Positions 1 to 13,764 of a DNA stretch of 64,000 nucleotides are shown piece by piece. The notes below the pieces were generated by a model. The model was not told where the DNA came from and made no database searches. It saw nothing but the letters and a program-made list of their open reading frames with translations. The stretch spans positions 106,950,001 through 107,014,000 of the forward strand of contig OX597821.1 in assembly GCA_951406725.2 (NCBI GenBank), read 5' to 3'. The stretch is from Octopus vulgaris (taxonomy: Eukaryota). Positions within the stretch are counted from its first letter, which is position 1. Every line of letters begins with the position of its first letter. Both the position numbers and the translations under genes were made by a program.

Positions 1-48
1 CTTTGTCTGAATTACCACAAGTATATAAGTAATGAAACTACCAATCAT
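1..48 (-). CDS. GRL/7TMIC chemoreceptor, constant exon 4 (TM7b), copy 1; runs off the window edge
   Basis: Minus strand reads tctgtttttcag|ATG ATT GGT AGT TTC ATT ACT TAT ATA CTT GTG GTA ATT CAG ACA AAG = MIGSFITYILVVIQTK. It has a polypyrimidine/AG acceptor and a GR-family TYhhhhhQ motif. Confidence 0.85.
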   Translation of the reverse strand, partial: MIGSFITYILVVIQTK

Positions 49-819
49 CTGAAAAACAGAAAAGAGACGTTATATATATGCTATTTTCAGTGAATGAAGA
101 GAATTATACGGATTGAAGGTCATTATGTACTACTTATACTAGAAGAATAAGCTGGTTGTTTCAGTTAAGCAACCGCAAGTTTTGGGCACTAAACATTTAG
201 GTCATGATTTCAAGATCTTCTGATATATTCGTTACCGATTTTCATTAAGGCGCCCATAAAGTATTATGGTTGAGTCAGGTGTGCCACTGAACCTCGAATC
301 GAAATGTTAAGCAGGCAGATTTTGCTCTGTGCATTATGACCGACAGAATGTCAAGACTGGTAACGTTTGAACTCAAAAGATAAACGGTTGTAGCAGTATA
401 TTGCAAACGTTTTATAAAATCAGGAAGTATAAAACTCATTTCATTGCGAAGGTTTATTTTAAGAAGCTATATCTCGGCCCCAAAAAGTAACAAAGCATAT
501 AACAAATACATTCTCCTTCGCAATATTTTCCTTTCGATTTATTTGAAATTCAATTCTTTAATTGTATTATATACTCTTTTTATTTTTATTATTCGCGTTT
601 TATTTCTTATTTATCGCTGTGGTTGAAGTTGTATTCACGATCTTTCATGAGTCACTAATAAACCAAATACATTTTTATCTTAAAATAGCTAATGAAAATT
701 TTGATGTATTTCAGCAAGGGTTTCAGTGGGATATCTTGAAAATTGCGTAGGCGGTGGCTTTCATAAGCTGGCCTAGCTGCAATGGGTCTTAAGGTTAAGT
801 CATCTGGCGTTTGGATAGA

Positions 820-1260
820 CGAGTATGACCCTGAGAAAAATATCCACTCTACATAAAGAGCAAATCCGTTTCCCGCAATACAGGAAAATTCCTCTCAGTG
901 AACATATACAAAATTATGCAGATAACACCAAACCAAATTTCACAGACTTCCCTTTCTACAAGTGCAAAGACACAATCTCTCCACAAGAACGTTTAAATAA
1001 ACAAGCTTTTTTCATTGAAAAATACAGAACATTTCTTAATATGCACGTATAACCAACTTTTATCTTTTAAAATATTTCAATTCACAATTACATCACTGTA
1101 CATAAATCCCCTCACTAAACAAATTTTTCGAAACCCTTTCTTTTTGTCTGTACCCCTACCCTTACCGAAAGCCGAACAGTTATCTCCCTTACCAACAAAA
1201 ATAACAATAATAACGATAACAGAATACCTCCCCTTATTTTTTCTACTTGTGAAGTCATTC
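820..1260 (+). mobile_element. Penelope-like element remnant (C-terminal part of the GIY-YIG region); duplicate at ~21940-22290
   Basis: TLRKISTLHKEQIRFPQYRKIPLSEHI...KPNF..FPFYK...ERLNK..FFI.KY aligns with the GIY-YIG ORF at 18724-19098. Confidence 0.65.
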
Positions 1261-1426
1261 ACTCGTAAATATCATTACACACAACACGGGCAAAATTTCG
1301 TCTTAAGAAAATAGATATTCAAATAAGTAAACCACAATATCATGAATAGAGAAAGCGAACTGTTGATATATTAAAAATTATATTAAAACTATGTAAAGTA
1401 TGTGTATTTTCCTTAGTTAATTTCTT

Positions 1427-1475
<49 letters not shown>

Positions 1476-2167
1476 TATATCTACTATGGCACTGTTGCAA
1501 TTATATCAGTTGCGTAGTTGTTTACTTGGTAATTTTAATAACGATAATAGGTTTGAACATTTTTGCAATCATAACAATCCGCTTTCCAGGTAATGTGCTA
1601 TTATTTTCTAGCTACGATTTGAGTGGATAAAATGTCTGTTTGGGGTGAACAGCGTAAATCACATCAAAACATCTCGAACATAATATATCATTGTATGTAC
1701 TGTCTTTTATATTTCATTTGTTGCAATCAATACACTGGGGCCATGCTGGGCCACCGCCTTACAAATTTTAAGTCTACCTCACTACTTACTTCTTTATTTA
1801 CTTATACTACTGGCCGGAATTGCTGAACCGCTAAGTACGGATACGTTAACACAGAAACACCGATTGTCAAGCAATTGAGGGGTGGACACACACACACAAA
1901 CACTCTCACATATATACATATATATATGAATATACATACATATATATATATATATATATGAAAAGGATTCCTCTCAGGTTCTGTCTATCGAATTTACTCA
2001 TTGATTTCTTTGGTCGGCCTGAGGCTAGAGTAGAAAGATTTTGCACTAGGTGTCACGCTGTGAGTCTGAAGCCTAAGTTATACAGTCGAGAAGCAGAACT
2101 CAGGACCATGCCTGCTAATTTGTATGGAAAAATATGTAAAATATGCACTAAATACTGTAATATTTAC

Positions 2168-2257
2168 CGTAAGTGTTGACGAAGGAGTTATTACGAAACA
2201 GCCACCAACATCAATTCCATGAGATTCAGTCGTTAGTCGATTTAGGAAAACTAATAT
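2168..2257 (-). CDS. GRL constant exon 3 (TM7a region), copy 1
   Basis: 90 nt between ttacag| and |gtaaat, encoding ILVFLNRLTTESHGIDVGGCFVITPSSTLT. This carries the GR/GRL-type 'G.F.IT' motif and is phase 0 at both ends. Confidence 0.85.
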
Positions 2258-2825
2258 CTGTAATACATAAGAAGACGAAAAATCATAAACAGAGACGGTT
2301 GAAGAAAAAAAAATCCTACCAAATTTTCTCATATATTTGATGTCCGTGGACACATCGTCATTTGATTCAGAAAAGGATTGGTTAAAAACAAATGCACATT
2401 TAAGGACTTGATGAGGAATTCCTACTTGTATTGATGGAAATTCAACGATGATTATTCGCATGGTTATATATAAAACCAGAAAAGAACCTAGGGGAAAATA
2501 TAATAGCGATACCAATAAGGATGGGACAACTGGCACCAACGAGTTAATAATTGATGTGAGGAAGATCAGAAGATTTTAGATGAGTTGCAGGAAGTAATGA
2601 ATAAATAGGGAAGAAAAACATTGCTAGCTTTAAAATGCACCAACAACCTAAATGATTGTTCCGGAGCATATTCACCATCTACTTCACTTATTACCTCCCA
2701 TTCGCTCTGCAGACGGTCAGACTGTCATTTAAAGTTGTGTTTGTTAAATATTGTTCTTGTTTTTGTTGAAAAAATTTGTTGGAAAGAAAATCTGCAATAA
2801 TTATGCACCAATCAAATATATATGT

Positions 2826-3039
2826 GGAGGCGGGTTGCCTAGAGGTTAGGGTGTCAGCATCATGATCGTAAGATTGTGGTTTCGATTCCTGGACCGGGCG
2901 ACGCGTTGTGTTCTTGAGGAACACACTTCATTTCACGTTGCTCCAGTCCCCCCAGCGGGCAAATAGGGCTAAGTCTGCGATGGACTAGCGTCCTGTGCAG
3001 CTGGGGAACACATACGCCATAGAAACCGAGAAACTGGAC

Positions 3040-3042
<3 letters not shown>
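2826..3042 (+). mobile_element. tRNA-derived SINE (copy at 23620-23870)
   Basis: A-box-like GGCCTAGTGGTTAG in the 23.6-kb copy, B-box-like GGTTTCGATTCC, followed by TGTGTTCTTGAG...CACTTCATTTCAC. Confidence 0.7.
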
Positions 3043-3074
<32 letters not shown>

Positions 3075-3160
3075 ATATATATATTTATATATATAATGAG
3101 CTGATGAATAACTTAAAATTGTAGTTAGATAGGAGAAAATCAACCATAAAATTTATTTAC

Positions 3161-3230
3161 CTTCGCAACAACCTCCTGGTCGAAGCCCTGAAAACTGCAT
3201 ATAATGAATACTTTGTGTAATGCTGTGAAC
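3161..3230 (-). pseudogene. GRL constant exon 2, copy 1, with a +1 frameshift in a homopolymer (real lesion or assembly error)
   Basis: tctag|GTTCAC...GCGAAG|gtaaat is 70 nt versus 69 nt in copy 2; ccctgAAAActgc versus ccctgAAActgc. Confidence 0.75.
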
Positions 3231-3299
3231 CTAGACGCGAAAAAGAAAATAATAACGATAATAATAATCATCTGTAATAAAGCTGATATAAGAGTTACC

Positions 3300-3900
3300 C
3301 ATATCCCAAACGAATTCCCTAGTCTTCCCCAAAACCACAACCAGCTGTGGCGTTATGATCCGGTAGCAAAAGAGCTGCATGGGAAACTGTGCAGAAAGTG
3401 TGGGCTAGAGAGAGGCAAGACCTAGTATGAGTACAACCCACAGAGAGTCGGAGACTAGCAAAATTCTCTACGATTTCCCAATCAAAGGAGATCAGGTGCT
3501 AGAGCACAACAGGTCAGAGATATAGATCGTCAAGACGATATACCACATATGCTATATAGTTGATGTTGCATGCCCCTTTGACCAACGAATAGTCGAGAAG
3601 GAGAGCGAAAAAATAAATACAACCCTCTTAAATGCGAAATAGCCCGGCTCTGGAAAATAAATGTGCAATTAGTGCCAATTAGTGTTGGGTCCTTGGGAAC
3701 AGCATATCAAGGCATCAAAAGGAATATCGAGAAAATTGGAATAGAGTACCCAGTAGAACTGTTACAAATAGTTGGTCTCCTTTGCCCGGCCAGAATAATC
3801 AGGAAAGTATTAGATAGCTGAAAAAAACGGATAGCAAGGTAAGGTAGGCTGCAGGTAGTAAGCCTGCTATGCATGCAAGAACCCAAGAGCTCCAACAAAA
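3300..3900 (+). mobile_element. Decayed non-LTR retrotransposon 3' end with a restriction-like endonuclease (R4/Dong-like); truncated copy at ~24090-24310
   Basis: Fragments VAKELHGKLCRKCGL, HNRPEIQIVK..CYIVDVACPFDQRIVEKESE and, in another frame, VPISVGSLG. Confidence 0.65.
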
Positions 3901-5304
3901 CCTGTGACGGTTCGGCTTAAATAACCGATAGAATACGTACTAGGCTGAAAAACAATAAGTCCTGGAGTCGATTTGCTCGATGAAACGTGGTGATCCAGCA
4001 TGGCTTCTGTCAAAATGACTAACAGAGGTAAGAAAATTAAAGAAAATAATAATTAAAGCATGAAGCAAAATTATTTTTTTAATAAATATTTTAAACAGTT
4101 GTGCATCAGCATGGCCACTGCTCTGAGCTGAAACTAGATAAAATAAATATTACTTAAACAGCAATGCAGTTTGACGACATTTCAATGAAGATAATGTCGT
4201 TTCTAACCACGAGAACCAGAAATGAATTACAACGTTCTACCTGGAAGCAACTGTCTCACACGTGAAGTTCAAAAAGGTTTTTAAACGGATGAACATAAGG
4301 ATAAACGTTTCTTTCGAATTTTCACTTCATGTTTCAAGGAAGATTCAGACAGTGAATATTGAAAAGAAAACCAGATACGGTTTACCAGCTGATGATCGGA
4401 AAGGAAACACGTAGCTCGGAGTACTGTAAATTGTAAGCTTTCAGTTTTTATTAGATGTTGTAAGTATTACAACAGTTTTAAAATGCTGAGCACTCGTCAG
4501 CCAATTGTAGAGGTTTTCCATTAATAAAAAAGTTTTCATATCAAGTAGCAACATTATAGAGAAGGTAGATATGTAGACAAAGATGTAGATTTAAATTTTA
4601 AGAATATTTCAGGTAGTGGAGCCCATCAACTGACTGACTAAGATTCGGTAGATCCAGACGACTGTAAGGTTCAGAGAGGGAAGAATAAGTGGAAGGAGAC
4701 AATACAGATTTACTAATTATAGAAATGAGGTAAAAGGGGATTTCAGAGCTCCATATAAGGAATTTATGTAGAAGACAGCATTGTCACTACTAAATGCCAA
4801 TTACTACTATTTGATGAACAGATTCGGCGCGCTCACATACACTCACAAGACAATGATAAAAGAAATCCAGACAATTTTTTGTAAGATAATATTTACCCTG
4901 CTTGGAGTGGTCACGTGGGTTTGCCATTTCTAAAAGCCAAGAATCATTTCCTACTGAAAGAACTGACCAACTGCTAAGATGTCAACAGATTTTTGTCTTC
5001 TTTCTTCCTTCTTCCGTTCCTTCTTTTTTCCATGGACACCCGTTTCCGATACAAAAGGACACACACACACACGCACTCCCTCTCACTTTCTCCCCATTCC
5101 TCACCCTCTTGTACTATCTTATATCTCTCTCCACCCCTACACACTCAATAATACTATAAAAATAGACAAATCTCCTGAAAAAGTTCAATCTGAAGACTCC
5201 ACTAGAGTGGACGCAAGCGCTAATATATGATTTATAAGAACATGTTTCATATTAATAAATATCTGTAAATATAATTCCATCTAGATTTCTGAGTACCTTA
5301 TTTC

Positions 5305-5349
<45 letters not shown>

Positions 5350-6527
5350 GTGTTTGTGTGTGTATGTGTAAAATGAAATATAACAGAGGATGGAAAGTTG
5401 TCAGCCCATTCCTGCTGTTTCTTATACATCTTTTTAATAGAAGAATGAAAACATTACTATATTACAAAAAAAAACAATAATCATCACACGAAACGTAATT
5501 TTCACCTGATGCTGAAAGTTATAGAATATCTCAAGAATACGGCAGAGATCTGACTGAAGTCTGTCAAGGCCAATAATGAAATGGAAGGATGAACCACAAA
5601 GTTTGACGTTGAGGTTGAGAATATAATTCGTGAATATGTGTAACATGATATCTAAGGTCAGCAACCCGGGTGAGATATGGGTCTGCTAGACTGGTTCTTG
5701 GAGTGGAATGTAGGTGATATTTCATTATAATATCCTAAGAGCAACGGGTAACAATGAGACAACCGAATATAAATTAGGAATAAAGAGAGAGGATCAGGAA
5801 GAGGGTGAAGAAAATGTACAAGCCAGCTAAGCATAGGGCCGAGTTTAGGGTTCACTAACTAAGGTTAAAGCACAAACAGAAGAGAGCAGAGATACAGAGA
5901 ATTTAGGGATGTTCTGTGAATATCGGTTGAATTCTTGGGGAGGGTACAAAGACAATCAAATAATATGATCTAACTTTTATGGAATTGCAGTGTTAAGATG
6001 TACAGTGTTGTATATGGGTTAGATAGGACCAATTATAATATTAAAACATGTTTGCCTGGAGAGGGTAAAGCTGCTAGAGATAGCTGAGTACTATTTATCA
6101 TTGAGGAGTACTAGTTATCAATGAGGAGTTTAAAGTGGAAGGGTGTCATATAATAAACTACACTTGGTAAGGTGTTACAGTAAATGCCAAGTCGGAAATC
6201 ATAGAAAGCTGTAGGGAGTAGTCTAATGATTGACAATAGGGAATGTTATATAAATTCCGTAGATATAATTTAATTAGATTGTATAATCACCATTGTGTAA
6301 ATCACACAAAGCAACTCTGATAAATAGTCGTAATAGGTGTGGATAGTGTATTTATTATTTGACAAGCGCAGGACACATAACTATCTTTGTATAAGGATTA
6401 GTACCTAGTGGAATTGGAAAAGAAATGATTAGAGTGTGCAGGTTGCTACTTATAGGTTAGATATATTTGCTATCGTTATTGCATAATAAAAGGTACGTAA
6501 TACAAGGTACATTGCTTAGTTCTTTCG

Positions 6528-6753
6528 AAGGCGGCGAACTTGCATAAACGGTAGTACGCCGGGCGAAATTCTTAGCAGTATTTCGTCTGCCGCGACGTTC
6601 AAATTCCGCCGAGGTCGATTTTGCCTTTCATCCTTTCGGGGTCGATTAAATAAGTACCAGTTACGCACTGGGGTCGAATATAATCGACTTAATCTGTGTC
6701 TGTCCTTGTTTGCCCCCACTGTGTTTAGCCCCTTGTGTGTAGTAAAGAAACAG
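6528..6753 (+). mobile_element. SINE of the GGCGGCGAGCTGGCAGAA.../GCCTTTCATCCTTTCGGGGTCGATAAA family (other copies at 31285-31509, ~48970-49175, ~51620-51770 and 54301-54534)
   Basis: Recurrent ~230-bp unit with a tRNA-like head (GTTCAAATTCC) and a conserved central domain. Confidence 0.8.
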
Positions 6754-9748
6754 GTTAGTTCTTTCGATATAGCGTACCATGCAAGTATAGTAAATGTGGT
6801 TAGAAAGTAATGGTAAAATGACTGTATCCTCTATTCCTTTGGTATTTTGTCCATCTTACTTCTTAAAATTGACTTCTTTGAAAAATCACCAGCCCTTTTA
6901 AGAAAATGTGTTTATTTACAAACATGTTGATAGGTGTACAATGGAAAGAAAAAAGAAAGGATAATGAAAAAAATTCTTTGTAATGAAATTTCAATGAATT
7001 GTCCACATCAAATTTGAAAGAAATATCTATATATCTAACTATCTATCTGTCTCTCTGTCTGTCTAATTATTTATCCATCTATCTACATATCTATCCATCC
7101 TTTCCCCCATTGTATATTATTTTTCTCCTCTTACAGGATTGTCCTGAAACCTCTCTCTCTCTCTCTCTATTTCCCGCCCTTTGGATTTCCGCCTTTCTCC
7201 AAATCGCCTAAACTTTATGCTTGTATAAATATTAGATACGTAAAATCCATTAACTATAATTAATACTTGCATAGTCTACAAGATGATTTGTACAGTACAA
7301 AAGCATATTACGTGTATATGTTTTTTAATTGTATTTATAATTCTCACCTTAAAAATTATTTTTTCATATATTGGCCATTGATAAATTTTCTCATAATATA
7401 AGCATACATACACATATATACATATGCAAACACACACATACATACGTACATGCATGCATGTATAGGCACACACACACACACACACACATACACACACACA
7501 CTGACCCACACACATGCGCACACACAATCAAAACGGAAAGCAGTGTAAATAACGGACAGAGTCAACACTATTGAAAAATTTGCAAGACGCAAAGAAAACT
7601 TTAGAAAAATAAAAATAAGATAAAAGTGAGTATTTTACAGGTGAGTGTGTTATATTATAAGGCACAAAAAGAAAATAACTCTCCCCAGACACAACAGAAT
7701 TAATCTTTATATTAGAAGTAAATTCGGCCTGATCGTTTAGCCAGCGGTGTCGCGTCGTTTATGGCTAAAACAATGCGAAGCGCATTGTGACCAGCTATGT
7801 GTAGCAACATCTGCTAGCCTGGTCGATCCCGTAATCACAGTGATATTAGAAGTAAATTAATTCTCATTCGGTGCTAACTTTATTTTTATCAATTTCTGTT
7901 AGCTTGCTTTCCTTCTTTCAATACGTGGTGTAATATTACAGACGATTTAGCGTCTTTTTTCTGCAAGTTGGAAATAATTTTTTGTTCCTTTGCCCCTATT
8001 TACATATATATATATACCTACTTATATATATATCCTATATTATTAGTAGTAGACTTATTACTGCTTGCTATAGGGACTGGTAACCATTACAATTTGTAGC
8101 GCCGAAAAGGCAACATGTTGTTCTGAGACTGACCGAAGAATTTTTATTTTTAGATATAGCTGAGGTACTTATATGTACATATGTTCTTTGCTTCGGGTTT
8201 TTCCATAGGCGCATGTTCTCTCGTAATGTTCCATAGGCGCATGTTCTCTTACTTATATTCTCTCGTAAGCTCTAACGTTGAAGAACAAATCCTTTATGTG
8301 ACTAATTCCGAAATTGATTCAATATAGAGATAACGAAATTTAAATATTCTAACAGTTAGTTGGCCGACTTCAGTTCTATTTTTCTGTAGCAAGTGGATTA
8401 TATGTGGAAAATCAGTATATTGGCTTTGGAATAATCTTCTTTAGCCCTTGCTTATAAGATATACATATATATATATATATATATATACATATAATATAGG
8501 ATAAAATTTTGGGGAAAATATTCTATCTTTGGCCAGCATATTAAAAGATACCTTCAAAGGTTAAATTTATAAACAACATATAAACAAGGGCAAAAGAAAA
8601 GAATTCTAATGCCAAATATGCCGAAAATAGACAAATCATCAATAACCATATAATTCAGCACTATACGCACGCGTCTCGAAATAAACCGACAGACATTTCT
8701 AAAAAAATTCCGTTATTATCTTATCGGCCCCGATTTCAGATGTAATTCATACGAATTTTCTCCTCGTCAGTGATAAATACGGTAAGAAATAAATGAAATA
8801 CTTACATATACCCATGGAAGAAGCAAACACTAAGTCATGAGCACAATTAAGTACCTCAAATATAGCCAAAATAGAAATTTTTCAGCATACCTCGAAACAC
8901 GTGCGATCGGACTGAAAACTGTCGTAGAGTGAGAGAGTCCGGTAGTGAACACTATTAAATTTGCATCTAATATAGGATGAAATTCTTTGGAAAGAATTCT
9001 ATCAATGGCCAGCATATTAAAAAATATCTTTAAAGGTTAAATTTATAAACAAATTATAAACAAGGGTAAAAGATATAAATTCTTAAGCCAAATATGCCAA
9101 AAATAGACAAATCGTCAATAACCAAATAATTCATCACGGCCACGATTTCAGAGTTAATTCATAAGAATGTTCTCCTCGAGAATAAATAAGAATTGTTTAT
9201 AAATTTAACCTTTAAAGGTATTTTTTAAAACGCTGGCCATTGATATAATTTTTTCGGCATGTTAAATGAACCATTATGGGTAAACTTAAACAATAATATT
9301 TATAATTATGCGAATAATTATAATTAGGGTTCAGCAAAAAAATGCCTCAACACATACCGAAATTTAGAAATAGCATTCAAGAAAACTAGGTGTGGTAGAG
9401 AAATAGCTAGTTTTCTTGGCTGCTATTTCTAAATTTCGGTATGTGGTGAAGCAAATTAAGGGCAATTCCTTTCGAGTTGCTTCAGATTAATCATCTAAAC
9501 TTTTGTAACAGTCGGATTGTAATACAGCCTGTTATACTCCCACTTGTCACATTCTCCAGTTCCAGGAGGATCTCTGAAAATATTTTTCAACTTACGATTA
9601 CATAGTCACTTGACTAATAACCGAACACTTACTATCAGCCACTAAGATATACAACCTATAATCAACAGCTCTGTTTGATTTCGTTGGTTTCCTAAAAATA
9701 CAAATATTAGACAGAACTGATATCAAATAAATATCATATAAAACTTAC

Positions 9749-10698
9749 CGATTTATTTAAACGAATTCCACTCCAAATCATTATGATCTCATACATCAGA
9801 TAAAAGGATGCCATAGATATTAAGTAAATGAATTTATGTAATTCATTTTCGTATGATTCATTTATAATTCCGTAAGTTGCAATACAACATCCTATAACAC
9901 TGCTAAATACGACATATGCTGTGGAAAGACGTAATGATTCATTGAGTAATTTCAGCATTCTACTCAAAGTATCATGAGTTTTACATATTTCTGTAATCTC
10001 TATCTCTCTCTTGAAGAAAATAAACTTCTCTGATTGCTGTCCCTTTACATAGCGTTGAACATCACTCGTCACTTTGTTAAACTCATAATCCAGTGTGCTT
10101 CCGATCATTAGATTTACGTAAAAGTCAAGATGCAGGGAAGCGATTGACATGCAGTTAAATGCAAGATATAGTGCGAAATATAGAAGGTGATAAGTATTGT
10201 TGATTGGTACAGGAAATAGAATGAAACGCATCAAATCATGATTGGACTGTGTAAAAATATAATCTTGAATCGTGAAAACAGTTAACGGGAACAATATAAA
10301 AAAGCATAGTGATTTATACGAAAAGAATATATTAGAGTTATAGAATTTTCTATCATCTTCTTCAATTTTAAGTTCGGTGAATGCTTCAATTAGTTGTTTG
10401 TCGTTCGGTTTCTTGAAGAGTTTCATCAGACCATACATTGTTAAAAAATCTGGTAAAATATCGTATAAATATAAAAAAGTGTTTCATCAGTTGATCTATT
10501 TTGCATTTGTATTGCACTAATAGTGTTTAAAATTGGAGCTACAGTCAAATATAAGCAGTACACAGCGTAAAAACTATAGAAAAATATTGAGATAAATTTG
10601 TGAGATTTTAATGACGTTGTATTCGCAAACGATTTCCAAATATTTATTTTACGATAAAATTCCAGCAATTTAAAGATTTGTGTTTCATTTGATTTCAT
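9749..10698 (-). pseudogene. GRL variable first exon A (TM1-TM6), with a -1 frameshift at 10443-10448
   Basis: ORFs 10441..10698 and 9734..10438 join into 317 codons if one base is added to the 6-nt homopolymer. Contains family motifs YEFNK, EITEIC..HDTLS, NES, ATYGIIN and W.GIRLNKS|gtaagt. Confidence 0.8.
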
Positions 10699-10773
10699 GC
10701 TTATTCTAATTTTGTGACATCCAGAAAATTCTTCCCATTTAGCAAACGAAATCCTTAGAATAGAAGAAGCAGG

Positions 10774-10780
10774 TTTTATA
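10774..10780 (-). promoter_or_regulatory. Putative TATA box of variable exon A
   Basis: GATATAAAACCTGC lies ~76 bp upstream of the ATG; a similar motif at similar spacing precedes exon B. Confidence 0.4.
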
Positions 10781-11196
10781 TCTTAATGAGTTTAATAATC
10801 CTTGTATGTGGAATTATAATACAAATTATTAAAATCCAGATATACAATATTGACAAATGCTTGATATTAATTTTGATATTTCATTTAGAGAGAAAAATGT
10901 CTGCAATTAATTTCGGGGGAATCACTAAGATTCTAATATATATGTGCTCCCATGTAGTTGTTAGATTGTTATAGGTAAAAAAACGTTGCATATAATTTGC
11001 TACACAATATATTCTCTATTCAAAAGGAAATAGATTTGATTAACTTCAGTAAGATGCATTGACTGTCGACTGCATACAACGGTTCAGTTGCCTGTATGAT
11101 TCTATTAGTAATCTATGAAAAAAGCTATTAGTCCTTACATTCGATAAATATACGCCTGTATATGTTGTTTTGCTAGTGTTACCTGCATATATATAC

Positions 11197-11245
<49 letters not shown>

Positions 11246-11659
11246 AACACATATCAATATATACATATACATACATATGTGAGTAGAGGGTGTTTCTAAG
11301 TATAACTGCAGGTACATATATATATTTATATATATATATATATATATATATACATGTGTGTATGTGTGTGTGCATGTGTGAGGGTATATGTGTGTACGTG
11401 TGTGTGTTTGCTGCGGCAAGGAACTTTCAATATGAAATTTCCGTCCTTCAGGGGGGGGATTTAATGAATTAACGTTATATTGCCGTCAATATATTCCACG
11501 TACATGAAGCATTAATATGCAATACATTTCATTGTGTTATGTTAATAAAACAAATTATTCCTATTGGTAATTAGATATGTGTACTTAAATCATTAGTACA
11601 ATGGTTTATATTGATGACATGAGAGTAGTTGATATTTTTGAACCCTGATATTTCTGAAC

Positions 11660-13650
11660 AAACACACAGTTCTCAACCTGACGAATACGCCTTGAAATAT
11701 TTAGCGAATGGTTTTGAAGAGTCAAAACAGAATCCCCGGAATGCTGAATATTATTTCAAAACCCAGAAAATGATTTATCCAAAAATCTTCTAGGTTTGCA
11801 ATCAAGCCCCTTGCTTGATTTTGTTATCCACTCTGATTCAATTTTTGAGTAATGGCTCTTCAACAAATCTATATTTTCCAATGTTAAAATATACTTATAT
11901 AGGGGAAAGGAGGGAAGACATTTCTCAAGTTAAGGGACCATCGTGATTACCCAACTTCTCTTAAAAGATTTAAGCGAATAGAAAATGTATCTCAACGGCA
12001 GTAGAAAATTTGAAATAGAATGAAATGTAGAGTTAGTTGCGTATTTCTGCATCTGTGCCAATGTATATTTGCAAGAAAGTGTTGCATACATATAGTGTTG
12101 AATTAAAGTTAATTCCGTTTTGGGATTGGTTTTGCAAGATTCTTTATATGAGTTCGTGTGTTGAAGCATATTCTGTTGTGCCTGGAGAGAGGCAATTTTT
12201 TGTGCCTTATTATTTAACACACACACCGGTAAAATTTCCACTTATCTCTTATTTCTATTTTCCAAAACTTTTCGTTGCGTGTTGCAACCTTTTTTGTAGA
12301 GTAAAATCTATTGAAATGTTTGCAACACACAACGGAAGTTTTAGGAAAATAAAAGAAAGAAATAAGTGGAAATTTTACCGGTGAGCGAGTTAAATAATAA
12401 GGCACAAAACAAAATGATTCTCCCCAGACACAACAGAATAAAGTAAATTCATTCAATTGAAATTCTGATCTGTCAAGATGAAGCCGAAGAATCAAACAAA
12501 AGGGGTAATTTTGTTTTTATATGTGAAGAAAAGAATAAAATGATGGTTTAAAATCGTATTTTAAAATCGTGTATGTTTGTGTGTCTCTGTTTATCCCCCC
12601 AACATCACTTGACAACCGATACTGGTGTGTTTACGTTCCCCGTTACTTAGCGCTTAATGTTATTTGTATCCATTAAGATTGATGAGACTATACACACTCG
12701 AATGAATTCTTAATTGCCATACATTTTGTCATGTGTTGTTGAGAAAAAAATTTCAAGCCAAGTTTTTGAGATTCGCCGATGTCAGGTTTCAAACTTAGCC
12801 AAAACAGCATCGCACAAACTTATGATGGAACGAGCATGATTGCCTAGACTTCGAGCTTTTGCAGAAAACAATAAATGAGAGTTGGGCGTGAGCATCACAT
12901 TGTTATGCATTTTCACTTAATTTGATATTCTCTCAATCAGCTTCAAGTATTCGCGAATGTCGAATTTTCCAAACTTTGAAAATACTGTTTTTTTTCTCAA
13001 ATTTGACGGCTTGAATAGCTGTATACAAATGAAACCGACGGAGAGTAATTTCTAACGTTACCTGAAACAGTTTTGAATTATACATTTCGACAATTATTCC
13101 TTTTCCTCAACAAAATTGCTGTGTTTTCTCGGGTATTTTGAAACGTATTAGAATGTCCATAGTATTGGAGTGCTTCAGAATTAGAACAGACATAGGAATT
13201 AATTACAATCCAAGATTTTCAGTTTAAAACTTATTGCGGTTTTTGAAGCAAATATTCAGTGGCCCAGCGATTCTGTTTTCGATTCTTCAAAAACGTTCCC
13301 AATATTTTTGGAGGCGTATTTCTCAGGTTGAGAAGGTCAAAAGACAATCTTTTGGTATTCTGGCGGTATGTGTATTTGTTGTATTAGGATGGCTTCATAA
13401 ACTACAAACAAAACAAAACTCTTAAATATTTAAAGCCAGAGAAGACTGAACATGAATACATAAATTATCAAATCCTCACTGGCGGAGAGACTGGAATACA
13501 GGAGTAGACTTATAAGTGATGTCCCAGTCATTAGTTATTTCCAAGACTTAACTGCAAATTCTTGTTGATTCTACGGCCTTGATTTAAAATACCATTGTTT
13601 GAAATCTTTGAGCTCAGATTTGTTGACTTGTTGAATCCGAAGATTTTGCA
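11660..13650. mobile_element. Two decayed hAT (ZMYM1-like) transposase fragments in opposite orientation
   Basis: Plus strand ~12810-13330 gives QTYDGTSM, HCYAFSLNLIFSQSASSIRECRIF and FLKQIFSGPAILFSILQKRS. 11670-11770 is an inverted diverged match to 13240-13335. Confidence 0.55.
12169..12440. repeat. Imperfect palindrome (~130-bp arms) of a repeat also present at ~7570-7700 and ~33095-33222
   Basis: TGTGCCTTATTATTTAACACACACCGGTAAAATTTCCACTTAT versus ATAAGTGGAAATTTTACCGGTGAGCGAGTTAAATAATAAGGCACA. Confidence 0.75.
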
Positions 13651-13764
13651 GGCTTAGTAAAAAAAAATTTCGTGAAATACTACAATCATACATACTGCAA
13701 CAATACTAACCAATTGTCTTTCGAATATATATTTTATTTTTATTTTTTTATTTATTTTATTTTA

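Larger units (their letters stand above)
1..8040 (+). repeat. Segmental duplication, copy 1 (matches ~21187-24308 and ~29200-33790)
   Basis: Colinear high identity by eye, including shared SINEs, a Penelope fragment and the constant exons; 1-3610 matches 21187-24308 and 4447-8040 matches 29200-33790. Confidence 0.9.

Noticed and set aside
2078-2539. 153-aa ORF (and its 152-aa twin at 22876-23334) as a standalone gene
   Set aside because: Only the 30-codon AG/GT-bounded segment is GRL-like; the rest is intron read-through that differs freely between copies.
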